The notes under the pieces: generated by a model
What the model was told of the DNA's origin: nothing
Databases searched by the model: none
Seen by the model: the letters and a program-made list of their open reading frames with translations, nothing else
Translations under genes and position numbers: made by a program
Assembly: GCA_964270895.1 (NCBI GenBank)
Contig: OZ185443.1
Source: Podarcis filfolensis
Lineage: Eukaryota
Length of the DNA stretch: 64,000 nt
Reading direction: 5' to 3' (one strand)
In this document: piece by piece, positions 51,720 to 64,000 of the stretch
How positions within the stretch are numbered: position 1 is the stretch's first letter
Layout of the letters: every line of letters starts with the position of its first letter

Positions 51720-52894
51720 ATCTATCCATTCTAATGAGAAAGCAGGCCTGACCGATAGGGAAAAACTTATACAGGAAGTGCAAGCCTTATACCAAGCAAT
51801 ATGTTTGGTATACGTCTTCCTTTTGACTAATTTTCTCCTATTACCATTTCTTACACCTCCCTATTTCCTATGTATAGACTGTTACATGGATTGGGCACCC
51901 TGCACCAAGCACTTCAATAGCCCTCACCCACAAGCCATAATCAAAATGAATGAGGCCAGGCTTTAATTGTGCATGATAGACACTGCCCATTGTCTATGTA
52001 GAATGATACAATTAACCAAAATATATGTAAGGAATGCATATACGTTTTATCAGTTTTCATGAGTGCAATTTTTAGTAGAGCTATAGGTCAAAATTCACCA
52101 AAGCAGTGCCCTGGGGGTTTTTAAGCCACTTTTGAAATCATTCTTGGAAGCCATGATAAGAACATGGTCAAACCATTTCAAGTCCTCATTTGAAAGTGGT
52201 CAACCCTGACTCATCTGTTGAGATTTTTTATGGAGTATTACAGCCATGACATATCAGTGAAAATGTATAGATTTAATGTTCTTACATTTTCCATAACACA
52301 TTTGACAAAGTGCCACATCAGAGATTAACAGTCAACAATCACACTCTTGGGGAGGTAAAATGGCACACAAGTTAAACAAGTGATTTAGAGGCAAAAGAAA
52401 AAGGAAAGCAATAGACTGGTAGTATCCATAACTGGAACAGTGATCCGATGGAAGTGCATCCAAGGTCAGATTTAGAGCCTCTCGATTACTGTGCATGAGA
52501 TTTTCTGGTTGCCATCAGAACCAAATTCTTCAGCTACATGATAATGATTTGGGGACATATTTAGTTAAAGTGGCATCTGCTCCAACAAATGGAAGTTTAT
52601 TTCAGCACAAATAATGATGTGAAATTGAAAGCTAACATCAGATCAAATAGATAGTGTGAAATACACAATGCAATGCAATATATTATAGTACTGGCTAAAT
52701 ATTAAGAAATATATGAAAGAATACACAGTACTGGATGCCTCTTCAAATCAGCTGAAGAATTTGAATTGTTCTACCAAAGGCTTTAAGTACAAAAGGCAAG
52801 TTACAGGTTACAGGAATGAGCAGGTACACAAGTGGTTAAATGCATGACTAAGCGTGAACTAAGATGTTGATCTAACAAATGGCATACCTGGATA

Positions 52895-53249
52895 GTAAAG
52901 GTAAAGGTAAAGGGACCCCTGAGCATTAGGTCCAGTCGTGGCCGACTCTGGGGTTGCGGCGCTCATCTCGCTTTATTGGCCAAGTCATGTGGCCAGCTTC
53001 CAAGTCATGTGGCCAGCATGACTAAGCCGCTTCTGGCAAACCAGAGCAGCGCACGGAAACGCCGTTTACCTTCCCGCCAGAGCGGTACCTATTTATCTAC
53101 TTGCACTTCGTGCTTTCGAACTGCTAGGTTGGCAGGAGCAGGGACCAAGCAATGGGAGCTCACCCCGTTGCGGGGATTCAAATCGCCAACCTTCTGATCG
53201 GCAAGTCCTAGGCTCTGTGGTTTAACCCACAGCGACATCCGCGTCGCCA
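52895..53249 (-). mobile_element. Sauria SINE, full length, with internal rearrangement
   Basis: Reverse-complement match to 23345-23694; tail gtaaaggtaaaggtaaa; imperfect 11-bp TSD atacctggata (52884-52894) / atgcccggata (53250-53260). Confidence 0.95.
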
Positions 53250-55050
53250 ATGCCCGGATATCTAGATATAATAAATATATCTAGTTAGATCTAGTTAATA
53301 TATCTGGTCAATAAATAGGAACAGTGAAATTTGCATATCCCTAGACATTGTTTTATCAGATGCTTGTTGCCAATTAAATAGATTGCAAGAAAAAGGACAA
53401 GAGAGGTAATGGCCTAGGTTCACATGTCATGGTAATCCAAACCATGGTTTACTTGGACGGTGAGAATTTGCGGTTCCTGAAGAAGAGGCCACAGATGCTT
53501 TGCTCATCTCTTGATTTTTTTCACCCCCGTGCTGCACTGACCTAAACCAAGGTTTGGCTTAACATTCCATCCAAACCCAGGCTCCTGGTTAACTCTTCTC
53601 CTCCCTTCTAGGAGCTGTAGCCAAGGGTGGTATCTATCCAGTTCCACTAACTGCAAGCCCTTTTGTCTTCACAATGGAACCTTACTTCTCTTCTCCATGC
53701 TGCCTTGAAATATGTTCTGGAGGTTCCCCCATTCCTCTAGAGCTAATTTAGGGGGATGTGAGGGATGGGGAGGAGAGGAGAAGAGAGGAGAAAAAGGGAA
53801 AGTTCCAATGCACAGCCCAAAGTACATGCACTAGCAGAACTGTTAGCTGCATATCACCCCAGAAGTCCACACATTTGCATTGTCCTAGTAAGCCATGGTT
53901 TGCCTTATCATGGCATGCTACCTAGCAAACAGTGTGACCCAGACAATGTCAATTCTTCTTTATGGAATCCTATACAATAAGTCAATCATATGTAAATACC
54001 GTATATATTGTGCAAATGAAATAGAACATAGGGAAAAGCATAAAGGTCACTGACTGTTACACATATTAAATAAAGAATAGCTAACGATACACAACACAGC
54101 TATTTGGAGCATCCAAGAATAAGAAATATTGAACAAGCTTTTCGTCCTTCTTAACATTCCTCGGTGGTTTGATCTCCTTTGGCATTTATTTTGACATTTA
54201 ATCTTGAATCTTTTATAAAAAGAGACCATATCTGCTTTACACAAAATAAAAACACATTGTATGCTTCCTTCAGGGATTTTTGTCACCATTTTGCCCCTGA
54301 TTTTTTGTGACATCTTATCTTTCCAAGGATGCCATTATTTTTATAGGCGTGAATTAGCATAGAACTTTTACAAAATCAAAAGTTCAACTATCTCCCTGTG
54401 GATTCACAGTATAAAGGGTAAAGCAGTGGGAAGACTTTTTTAAACATCCTTGGAGTTGATGGTTATAAAATAGCACTGGGCTTGTTAATATACCTTAGTG
54501 AAATACAAATGAGGTCTTTTAAAAATCGCTTTCGAGATCTAAAATACTAGCAGTTCTCAAGTGAAAGGATTGGAAACAAGCAGCTCCATTTCCCCCCCTT
54601 TTTGTATGAAATGCAGACATAGGCTATGATAACCCAGCAAACCATGATCACATACTGTTGTGATTTTCAAAACTTCACATGCAAATCTTTACAGCTTCAT
54701 GGACAACTGTATAAACCCTGTCCAGGTGGATCACAGCTGGATAGTCTTTGGATGATATGTATAATAAGACACATACATGCAACAGTGGTGAACTAGTGTG
54801 AGCTATATGTTCTCTATTGCCTCCACAATGAAGACATGATATAAGAGATATGGTGCAAGACCACATTGTTTTAACCTGATTCAGCATCTGCAGCCATTTC
54901 ATTGATAATTTAAATTCCTACAATCAGGTATAATTAACTCCAGGAGATGAGAGGGTGTGAATGTAAACTCCCGTCTCCTCAGATGAGTGAAACCATGCTG
55001 ACTTGAGTCACAGCACCTGCCGTTTGACTAATACATGTCTTTCATAACAG

Positions 55051-55423
55051 GGTAAAAGGGGTAAAGGTATTCTGGACAGTTAAGCCCAGTCAAAGGTGAC
55101 TATGGGGTTGCGGTGCTCATCTTGCTTTAGGCCAAGGAAGCCAGTGTTTGTCCACAGACAGCTTTCAGGTCATGTGGCCAGCATGACTAAACCACTTCTT
55201 GTGCAACGGAACACCATGATGGAAACCAGAGCGCATGGAAATGCCATTTAGCTTCCCACCGCAGCAGTACTTATTTAACTACTTGCACTTGTGTGCTTTC
55301 GAACTGCTAGGTTGGCAGAAGCTGGGACAGAGCAACAGGAGCTCACCCCATTGCACAGAATCAAACCGCCGACCTTCCCAAGAGGCTCAGTGGTTTAGGC
55401 CACAGCGTAACACCTGTTCACCC
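55051..55423 (-). mobile_element. Sauria SINE, older/different subfamily
   Basis: Shares ggtcatgtggccagcatgactaa and gctttcgaactgctaggttggcag; carries an extra gtttgtccacagacag segment. Confidence 0.9.
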
Positions 55424-55645
55424 ATCCTGCTACCACTAGTTAGTGTTTAGAAGGGCGAAGCCTCCAAGACTCAAGAGCATCTGATCAACGCAGTCCCAAG
55501 GAACTATTTGGCAATTGGAGGTGGTTGGTTGAGTGCCTTTCACCAAGGGTGCCTCCAAGTGCTCACCAGGGGTCTGAAATTTCATTTACCTCTCTGCCCA
55601 CACTATATGTCACCATTACAAAGGAGAGAAGTCTGTAGGCTAAAC

Positions 55646-55801
55646 CATAGCTGTCAACATTCAGATTTGAAAATAAGGGATCAGCTGTCCCGGAGACAGT
55701 CTACAGGGTATCTAACAATCTGGGATAGCAGTGGGAAGCAGTGGGAAATGGCACTGGAATAAGTGAATTTCCTGCAAAAAAAGGGAAGGTTGACAGCTAT
55801 G
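55646..55801. mobile_element. hAT MITE, 156 bp
   Basis: Perfect 13-bp TIRs CATAGCTGTCAAC / GTTGACAGCTATG; perfect 8-bp TSD GGCTAAAC at 55638-55645 and 55802-55809. Confidence 0.93.
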
Positions 55802-56479
55802 GGCTAAACAAGAAGTGTTCCAATGGCCAATCATAGGATACCACCTCAAATCCTATACATCCCACTGAGGTGGGAGGTAGCACTTTATAAAGGCCCCTAG
55901 ACCTCTCTTGATTGCCCTCAAGACTCTTCCCAAGGTAAGCTCCTTTCTAGTGCATGGTCCCTATCCACAGGCTACATTTCTCAACATCTCTCAACTGTGT
56001 CATCCTCAAGGGCTTTTCCCTGGCTGGAATGTGTCTGTTTACCTGCCTCTTGTTTACCTGCATGGGTTGTGAGGAGATCAGTAGTATGTATGTGATTGTA
56101 TCAACACCTGACTTCTGTGTAGTTGGAATGTACCCTACTGCAAACATCAGTACCAGCTGACCCACCACTTCATCTGGCCCTACCCACTGGAAGGTTGCCT
56201 CTGAGGGTATGCAGCCTTTGGGAAGGAAAAAGGACCCCAATCCTCTAAGATTTTGCATATTTGTAGCAGCAAAGAAACATATAAAGTTATTAACATATTT
56301 ATCTGGCAATAAAAATATGTATGTGGCTCTGATCCATTACACCTCAAAGGTATCCATGTTTCTACTCAAAAGAAAGACCCACTTTAGATCACTGAGACAT
56401 GTTTTCATCAGTTCCACCAAAAGCCTGGGTGAGCAACTGTGTTTTAGTACTTGGTGCCCAAAGCCCATCAGTGGAGAGG

Positions 56480-56645
56480 CTTAATTGCATCTTTAGGGAC
56501 AATGAATTTCATACTTGGGGCATCACCACAGAAAAGGTGCTATCCCATGTCACGATGCAGCAAGCAATCCTTGGTGATGGAATAACCAGAAGGTCCTTCT
56601 CTGCCAGTCTCAATGCTCGGGTCAGCTGGTAAAGGAAAAGGCAAG
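56480..56645 (-). mobile_element. Old L2-like 3' remnant
   Basis: tttcatacttggggcatcaccacagaaaaggtgc is the reverse of the 'RAFSVVxPxLWN' region seen in the 16336-16888 copy. Confidence 0.5.
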
Positions 56646-57574
56646 ACACTTGGGTCCCAAGTCATTTAGGGCTTTTTACATCAACATATTTATATCAACA
56701 CCCTATACTGGGCCAGTAACATACAGCAAGCTCTTTTTATGCTATGAGAAGTGCCTTGATTGACCTAACTGAAAGTCTTTAAAGTGTCAAAGCATATGTT
56801 TTCTTAGCACTTGGAGATGTGTTGCTGACAAGTTATCATTGGTGTGCCACACAAAAAGACGCTGAATTACACACTGCCTTCCATTATCTCTGATCAATTC
56901 CATTAACTCTGCTGTTTAAAGGTGTGTAATTGATTGATGAATCTCCCCTGCTAAGTGTTTGCAGTTGCTGTAGACCTAGGATGGGGGAAGAGCTCTACAC
57001 AGAGATCACTACTTTTTGGAAGAAAGAGCCCATAACAGAACTGTGAGCATTTCTTTTAGTAACAACTGAGAAAACCTGTGGAATTATATAATCTGCCAGG
57101 TTATACAATCAGAGAAGAGGATAGACATCTTTTAGTGCTCTATTCAGGGAAACTATGATAATGATTTCAGAGTGAGAACAACAGTAACAGAAAGCTGGTT
57201 TTTTCACTTCCCTGCAAAAATGTGTTGGCATGGGAGTAGAATGTATCATGTCTTGCTCAGTGCCACCCAGTTCAGTGTAAAGTGCTCTTCATCACCCACC
57301 AAAAAAGTGTGAGTTGTGTTGCAATTTGGAAATGATGACATTTCAACCAAAACCCTTTGACTTGTTTGTTTTACATTTCTTCACATGGGATTATTTAAAT
57401 GCACTTGCTAAATACTATTTGATCTTACAGACACCTTCTGACGGAGAAAACAAGAAGTAGCTTCATTAAAGAAGGTACTACTTTGAATGCTTGCTTATGA
57501 CATCTTTTGTCATAAAGATGTCACAAGTGAACATTAGAAGTCTGTCTTCAGCTATTGTAAACACAAGAGTGTGA

Positions 57575-57680
57575 GAAATGCCCTGGTGAATAAGACTAAA
57601 GGCCCATCTAGTCTAGCTTTTCATTCTCATAATGGCCGACCAGATGCCTGTGGAAAGCCCAATAAGCAGAAATGAGTGCA
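57575..57680 (-). mobile_element. CR1-related 3' UTR remnant
   Basis: aaaggcccatctagtctagc...tctcataatggccgaccagatgcctgtgg; a similar piece lies at 33258-33308. Confidence 0.55.
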
Positions 57681-59420
57681 ATAGCACTCCCAGTACAATT
57701 TTTGTTAAAACGAAAATAAGAAATAAGCCTAAAATCTAAGGTTGGCATATTTCCCCCCCTCTAGCACTATATTCTGGTTTTGAAAGAATCAGAGAATGAA
57801 GGGACAACTTGAGGTTGCTTTCTCCATTATTAATTCTTCTTCACAAACAGAACTTCAATTCCACATTAATACATGGAGCAGATGGTTAACACCACTCTGT
57901 GTTAGTCTGTTCTGACACTTTTCAATAAAGGCAGGTGCCAAATGCTACACTTTGATATAGATATGACCTCTGGGAATGATTGTTCTTTTCATCACTTGCT
58001 CAAGAGCAGAAAAGAGTGGTGTCAATGGATTGACTTTGTTTGTGGCTTTTTATTTATTTATTTATTTAAAAGGTGCCTTTCCAATTGGAAACTCTGATTT
58101 AAAATAATTTACAGGCTTGCACAGGTTTCAGAAATTACTTAAATCAGTATGTGTATCAATCTCCTATGCTAAATAACAGCATATATGGAAAACACAGGGT
58201 CAGTATACTACTTTAGATCCATTGCCCCATAATACCTTGAGCATCAGTGTTGCTCCCAAACTTAAGGGGAAGCAGGCTAGGCTGAAGGCTGAACGGAAAT
58301 GGAAGCATTAGAAGATATATTGGGAATTAGCACAGAGACTGAAGAATGTGTTTATTTACTACTTACATGGGGTAGATGTTAAGGCAGGTGCTTCAGATTA
58401 CAATTTATATGCTTTGGGGGTCATGACTAAATTTGTAAGTGCCAAAATTATTCTCTTCAACCAAAGTGTTGTGCTTTTAGCATTACTGTCAAAAGTAAAG
58501 TCAAATTTCAGAAGCAACATTTCAAAATGTTCAACATTCCAACACTGGCATTCAAATCTTAAAATTATATTTACTTTTTTAAAAATTAAACTTAAAAATT
58601 GATGCAAAGTTTCACTTTGTCTCTGGTCTGTGCCAGTTCTTTGGATGGGTGTCCATCTCATACCTCACCAGTCTTGTTACATTCTGATCTAAGAATGCAC
58701 TTTGCATATTCTCCCCTCCCCCATATTATTTTTCAACCATCTATATCTGACACTTCAGTATACAAAAAAAAGAAAGAAAAGAAAAGAAAAAAGGGAGAAA
58801 AAAGATTCCCAAGGTGGATAGACATAAAACAAAAACAGTAAAACAGTAATTACATCACAGATTGAAAGACGGAGGGAAAGAAATATTTGCCATGGTCAAA
58901 AAGACAATGAGCTTTGTTGTGGAGAACATTCCACAAATGGGGCATCACATTCGAGAAGGCATTTCCCACAAACATTGTGCTTGCCTTGGTTCAGATAGCA
59001 CAGCCACATGGATCAAGGTTGAGGAACCACAGGCACAGAGACCAAATGTGCCCCTTGACCTCTCTGTCCAGATGAAAAAGGTTACCTACCGCTGTCAGAG
59101 ATGATTGAAGTGTTCAGAACAGGTGATTCTTCAGGTACCCAAGCTGTGCTTTTATTATTTATGCCTAGTCACCTAGATAGTGACCTAAAACATATGTGAT
59201 TTGAAGGTAGCATTTTGAATTTGTGCCTATAAATACACTGGAATCTGGTATACCTCCATGTACATACACACAGAGAGAAACACATATATACTTACATAAA
59301 CTAAAGTGGTTCATACACTAAATGCACAACAATACTCAATAAAAAAATATAATCACAGTAAAAACTAAAAACATCCTACTAACTAAGGGCACCATGCCCA
59401 GGAAAAGCTTCTTATTGAAT

Positions 59421-59559
59421 NNNNNNNNNNNNNNNNNNNNNNNNNNNNNNNNNNNNNNNNNNNNNNNNNNNNNNNNNNNNNNNNNNNNNNNNNNNNNNNN
59501 NNNNNNNNNNNNNNNNNNNNNNNNNNNNNNNNNNNNNNNNNNNNNNNNNNNNNNNNNNN
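59421..59559. other. Assembly gap (139 N)
   Basis: Run of N; the right flank resembles an L2 tail. Confidence 1.
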
Positions 59560-61253
59560 TAATTTATTTATACCCTGCCTGTCTGGCTGAGTTTCCAGGT
59601 GGAGACATTCCTTTAGACAGACGGTCTCAAGTTTTTAAGGCCTCTAAAGTTCACCCCCAGCCTTTTGAACTCTACCAAAGCTTTTCCTTGTATTCTGTTT
59701 CCTCTGTCCCTAAAAAAGATTTTGCTTTGTGCAGACACCTTTATTTTCTTGTGCATGTGTCAGAATCAATGTATATGCTTCCAGCAAGACTCTAAATACT
59801 GTTTGTTTTCACCTGGAGACTGGATGATTTCTAGTGGGTGAGTTGATGTGTATGGAGTTGGCTGATTCTGTAAAATGAACCCAGGTTGCTTACCTCATAC
59901 AGTATTAATCTGTGCCCCCAAATGACAAAACATTTCAGCTGTCAGCCTCCAGAAGCATTGTAGATGTTATCTGTAAGGCTTTCAAAGGGGACTCGTAGGT
60001 TTTCTTTGTGGCCCGGTTAACAACAATAGAGATATTTACAGTTCATTTCCTATTCTACTCTTGTGCATTACAAAAGCCTCCTCAGATCTGTTGCTAATAT
60101 ATTCCGAAGTCACTTTGGCAGAGAAGTGCAAAGAAAACCCGCTGTCACCTTTCAGAACTTGCCAAGCCTTGAAAGGCAGGAGACTTTTCTATTCCAAACA
60201 TCTTCCACAGTGATTTATGTCAGTGAAAGAGAGATGTTAATGTTTTCAAGCTTCCGGTGTAAATCTGAACATACTTATTGCACAACAGAGAAACCTCTTG
60301 TTTGAGGATCTTTTCGTCTTAAGATTTGGGGCCCTTTGCCTCTAGTGAAGAAGATAAGTAGAAGTCCTGTGAATCAGGAAAACTGAATTATATTTGGGTG
60401 GCTATTCCCCTGAATTTCACATTACTGCCTGGGTATATTATTGCCTGGGTATATGGGAAGACACACCTCTGAGATTGGCACCATAATGATGCCAGTTGGT
60501 ATTCCCAATATAGCTAAATAATTCTCTCTCTATATATATATATCTGATCAAGAGATGAATAAAATCATTAAAAGATATATATCATTCAGTGGAATCAAAA
60601 TGTATCCATGTATAAAGAAATCTGACACCCAAGCAATTGTATAAAATTGATCAATTTGTGGACTCATTCAACATCTCCCTCCAAAAGGGGAGATTTACTG
60701 ATGTACAATGCAAATAAAGCCTGCAAGGAATCAAGGTGTGGGGTAGGGGTGAGGGCAAATGATAGTTTAAAAATAACTGGTCACAGAAGGGGAAGAGTGA
60801 ACTTGTCTATATAAAAATAAATGTATAGTACAATATAGAGCAACAGGAGTGTGAAACTGACTAATACAACATTGATCAGCCACAGAGTGTGAAATTGACT
60901 AAAATAATATAGATCAACCAGGGTGTGTTGAAATACTGGTCACTTGCCCGAATGGGAGGGGAAAGGGAGGCAGATGACAGGATTCTGAAAACAAACTACT
61001 GGGGGGGGGGGGCTCACTGTAAGTCCCTAACAGTCAAAAGGAATGCCGTCGAGAGCAGGAACTGCAACCCAACTACTGATTGCAGGACAAGCTAAAGTAG
61101 CCATTCACAACCTGATCATTGCATATCCCCAAGTGGCAATACCAAGCAAAAGTGCATGTGTCTATTCTTTATGGGGGTAGAGAAACTCCAACACAGCTGC
61201 AACAGTGTCCCCAGCCTATGTGGCAGAAGGATAGAAGGGCCAACTGTCTGAAT

Positions 61254-62000
61254 TAGGGCCGCCTTAACCATTGGCTCTAGTGGTGCATGGCGCCAGGGCG
61301 CCGGGCTCTCAGGGGCACCGAGCATTGGAGTCCAGGGCCAAGCGTTGGAGTCCGGGGAAGAGCAGAGTTTGCCCCCGAACTCATGCTGAGCCACCCTCAG
61401 CAGAAGAGTGCTGCATTGTTAGGGGTGCCAGGCACCTGCCGCTGAAGCCGCTGTGCTCCCCAGCTGTGGAGAGGAACGGCGCAAGCAGCAAACGTGTCCC
61501 CTTCCCTGCTCTGCTCTGCTCTTGCTATCCATGTCCCGCCCTGGAAGCTGGAGATTCTATGCTGCGATTGGGCGTTAGTGTTTTGGATGTGGCAAGGGCT
61601 GTTGTTGATTGGCTCAGTCCGTGTCAGTTGGGTGCTCATTTTGCTGTGGCCTGCAGCAATTTGGCGATAAGCTTAATTTTATTCCGCATGCCTCTTAATA
61701 AGGAGTAATAAAGAGGTGGGTTTGTCTGAGAAGAAATGCCAGTCTGCTTTGGAATTTAAATGCATTTTCTTTCTTTCTCTGTCTCTTCCTCTCTCCTCAC
61801 TTCTCTTTTCCTTTCCTGGAGCACTCTGCAGGTGTATTGTTACCCTTTCCGTCCGGTGATACTGTTTTCCCTGGTATGATCGGTGGTATGTTTTTAGTGG
61901 TACGAAACTCCCTAAAAAAGAGCTCAACAACTTTGGGGTCCCCTTCCTAAAAAAAGCTGATCTATGCACCCCGGCACCGCGTATGCTAAAGATGGCCCTG
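61254..62000. mobile_element. Non-autonomous hAT element (Tip100-like termini), 747 bp
   Basis: Imperfect TIRs TAGGGCCGCCTTAA / TAAAGATGGCCCTG; perfect 8-bp TSD GTCTGAAT at 61246-61253 and 62001-62008; no transposase motifs. Confidence 0.9.
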
Positions 62001-62464
62001 GTCTGAATTCACAAGATGATAGTGGGCCTACAAACCCAAGCACAAGAGCTGAGGTTGCTCCCTCGGTTCACACATTCCACCCTTGAGCATGTGAGAGAAC
62101 AGAGAAAGGGACTGTTTGGGGGTGCAGTCAAGCCATATAAAGCTATGGTGGCCACCCCACACATACAGTGTGCATGCACGAGCATGCCAAGCAGCCTGGC
62201 CTCCTCCCATCCTAGACTGGAATCAGCAATGCACCCAGCTCCAGAGTTGTGAGAGACTAGCGGGAATGGACTTCTACTTGCAATCTGAAACCATGTGTCC
62301 TTGTGAGACTAAAGAGCACATTGTGTGGCTCTTTGGTCTTTTCTGAATTCTGTAAAACTGGAGGTATGATGAATTGACATGATGTGCAAGAGATTCCAGT
62401 AAGTGTGCGTATATCAATGATGGAAGGCATGAAGCGATAATTATAAGTGGGATCATCTTTAAAG

Positions 62465-62945
62465 ATGGTCCTGGTTGCAGGCAGGCCCCCAACCTGGTTC
62501 CTCCCCCCAGCATGGGCTGAGTAACAACGTCATGCCAGGGTAGCACCACAATCACCCCGGCTTCTTGGCCAATCACTTTTGTGTGGGGTGATCGTGGGGG
62601 GATATAAAAGCAGCAGTGTGACGTGTGTCAGGCACCTGCTTCACGCTGCCAAACACCCAGCCACTCGCCCTTTATTTTATGTGTCCTCTGGCCTTGCTTT
62701 GGACTTTGGTTGGTCTTGGGATGGGTAGGAATTTTTCCATTTGGCGGATTGGCACTGGCCACTTGGTTTTCGCCTACTTTTTAGCAATTGGCACAACTTT
62801 GTAAGGTTTGGCTGTCAGGCATTGGCTCATTTATTTGTGGGGGAGGGGAGGTTAGTTGTGGCCTAAAATTTTGCCCAATAACCTTAAACCAAAATTCTGT
62901 ATCAGTGTGAATTTAATCTAACGAGGGGCTGGTTTGGGGGCCTTG
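62465..62945 (+). mobile_element. Ngaro/DIRS-like retroelement terminal remnant (tentative)
   Basis: ggccaatc followed by gatataaaag promoter-like motifs; the end gttgtggcctaaaattttgccc...gggggcctt is shared with 27925-28235. Confidence 0.45.
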
Positions 62946-63338
62946 CCATGCAAGTGAGCAATGTAGGACTCATGTGGCCCAATAAGGATTTATTTTAAAA
63001 TATAGCTGAGTACTGTTTTGGTTTTCCTTGTGTCCTGCTATGGTTCATTATACTAAACACTTATCCACATGGAAAAAATATATGAACATTTTCCTCACAT
63101 TTAAAAAAAAAATCTAAAAGGACATTTTTTATTGCATCATATTAAAAAACTTATGCCAGATGCTTCCTTCCTTTAACATTTGCAAAGTTTATGTTTCTGC
63201 CCTCATGAGTCCTGCTGTTTTGTTTAAGGCTCGGAAAGGGTAAATGTTGGTGTAAGTTCATCTGCATCAAACGAAGAGCAAGTTGGTCCGAATATAATCT
63301 AACAGCAAATACCCATCACACCAGAACATTAGCTATGC

Positions 63339-63359
63339 AGAGAGAGAGGGAGAGAGAGA

Positions 63360-63413
<54 letters not shown>
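63339..63413. repeat. (GA)n microsatellite
   Basis: About 37 units with two interruptions. Confidence 0.98.
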
Positions 63414-63417
<4 letters not shown>

Positions 63418-63572
63418 ATTATTTGAATGAATGGTGGTTTTTGTCTCTCGTGTGTTTCATTTTTAGGCTTCTAACAATAAATACACTTGAAGCAGAAAGC
63501 ATGTCTTTGTTGTTCCACAGAAGATCTAATATTAGAAGAGGCATTCTTTGTTCTCTTTAAGATGGTCCTTCC

Positions 63573-63717
63573 NNNNNNNNNNNNNNNNNNNNNNNNNNNN
63601 NNNNNNNNNNNNNNNNNNNNNNNNNNNNNNNNNNNNNNNNNNNNNNNNNNNNNNNNNNNNNNNNNNNNNNNNNNNNNNNNNNNNNNNNNNNNNNNNNNNN
63701 NNNNNNNNNNNNNNNNN
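63573..63717. other. Assembly gap (145 N)
   Basis: Run of N. Confidence 1.
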
Positions 63718-63764
63718 TGGGGCATATTTTTAGCTAGTAAAAGCCTTTAAGACTGAAATCCTTA

Positions 63765-63912
63765 ATAAGCTTGCCATATTTTGAAGAGCAAAAAAGAGGA
63801 CACATTTGCCCACTTCTATTTTTAACTATGGATCACTATGATGACTCTCATTTTACATACCCATGAAAAAGAGGATGTGTCCTTGAAAATGAGGACATAT
63901 GGTAAACCCTAC
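63765..63912. mobile_element. hAT Blackjack-like MITE remnant
   Basis: Ends ttgccatattttgaag...gaggaca and gaggacatatggtaaaccct form a degenerate inverted pair. Confidence 0.5.
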
Positions 63913-64000
63913 CCAGTTTGCTGGGAATAAGCCTCGCTGAATTCAGTGGGACATACATTGGGATAGATCAGTATCATTATGTAGCAGACCAGTGAATTAT

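Noticed and set aside
59394-63750. ORFs containing X runs
   Set aside because: Artefacts of translating through the assembly gaps.
1-64000. CRISPR arrays, rRNA or prokaryotic/viral operons
   Set aside because: None seen; the tandem repeats are simple microsatellites in vertebrate DNA.

Overview
This is vertebrate non-coding DNA, almost certainly from a squamate and most likely a lacertid lizard, inferred from Sauria SINEs with (ACCTTT)n tails, Squam2/Squam3-type SINEs, and BovB, CR1, L2 and L1 LINEs. I recognise no host protein-coding gene. The window reads as a large intron or intergenic region, with a few unidentified, low-confidence candidate exons on both strands. Most supportable features are mobile elements: four 5'-truncated BovB copies (three with clear target-site duplications, TSDs), three Sauria SINEs, a young CR1 3' end with an intact 258-codon frame, older L2/L1/CR1/RTE-X-like remnants, hAT and Tc1/mariner-superfamily MITEs, two solo LTRs and two Ngaro/DIRS-like remnants. 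There are also microsatellites, one strong CTCF motif and two assembly gaps. The most unusual object is an 813-bp solo LTR (18915-19727, 5-bp TSD). About 80% of it is one 215-codon ORF encoding an acidic, disordered protein with an Arg-rich C-terminus, followed by a perfect hairpin and the poly(A) signal. This could be an LTR-encoded accessory-protein/RNA-element pair, but that is a hypothesis. Family names come from recalled consensus sequences, not database searches.
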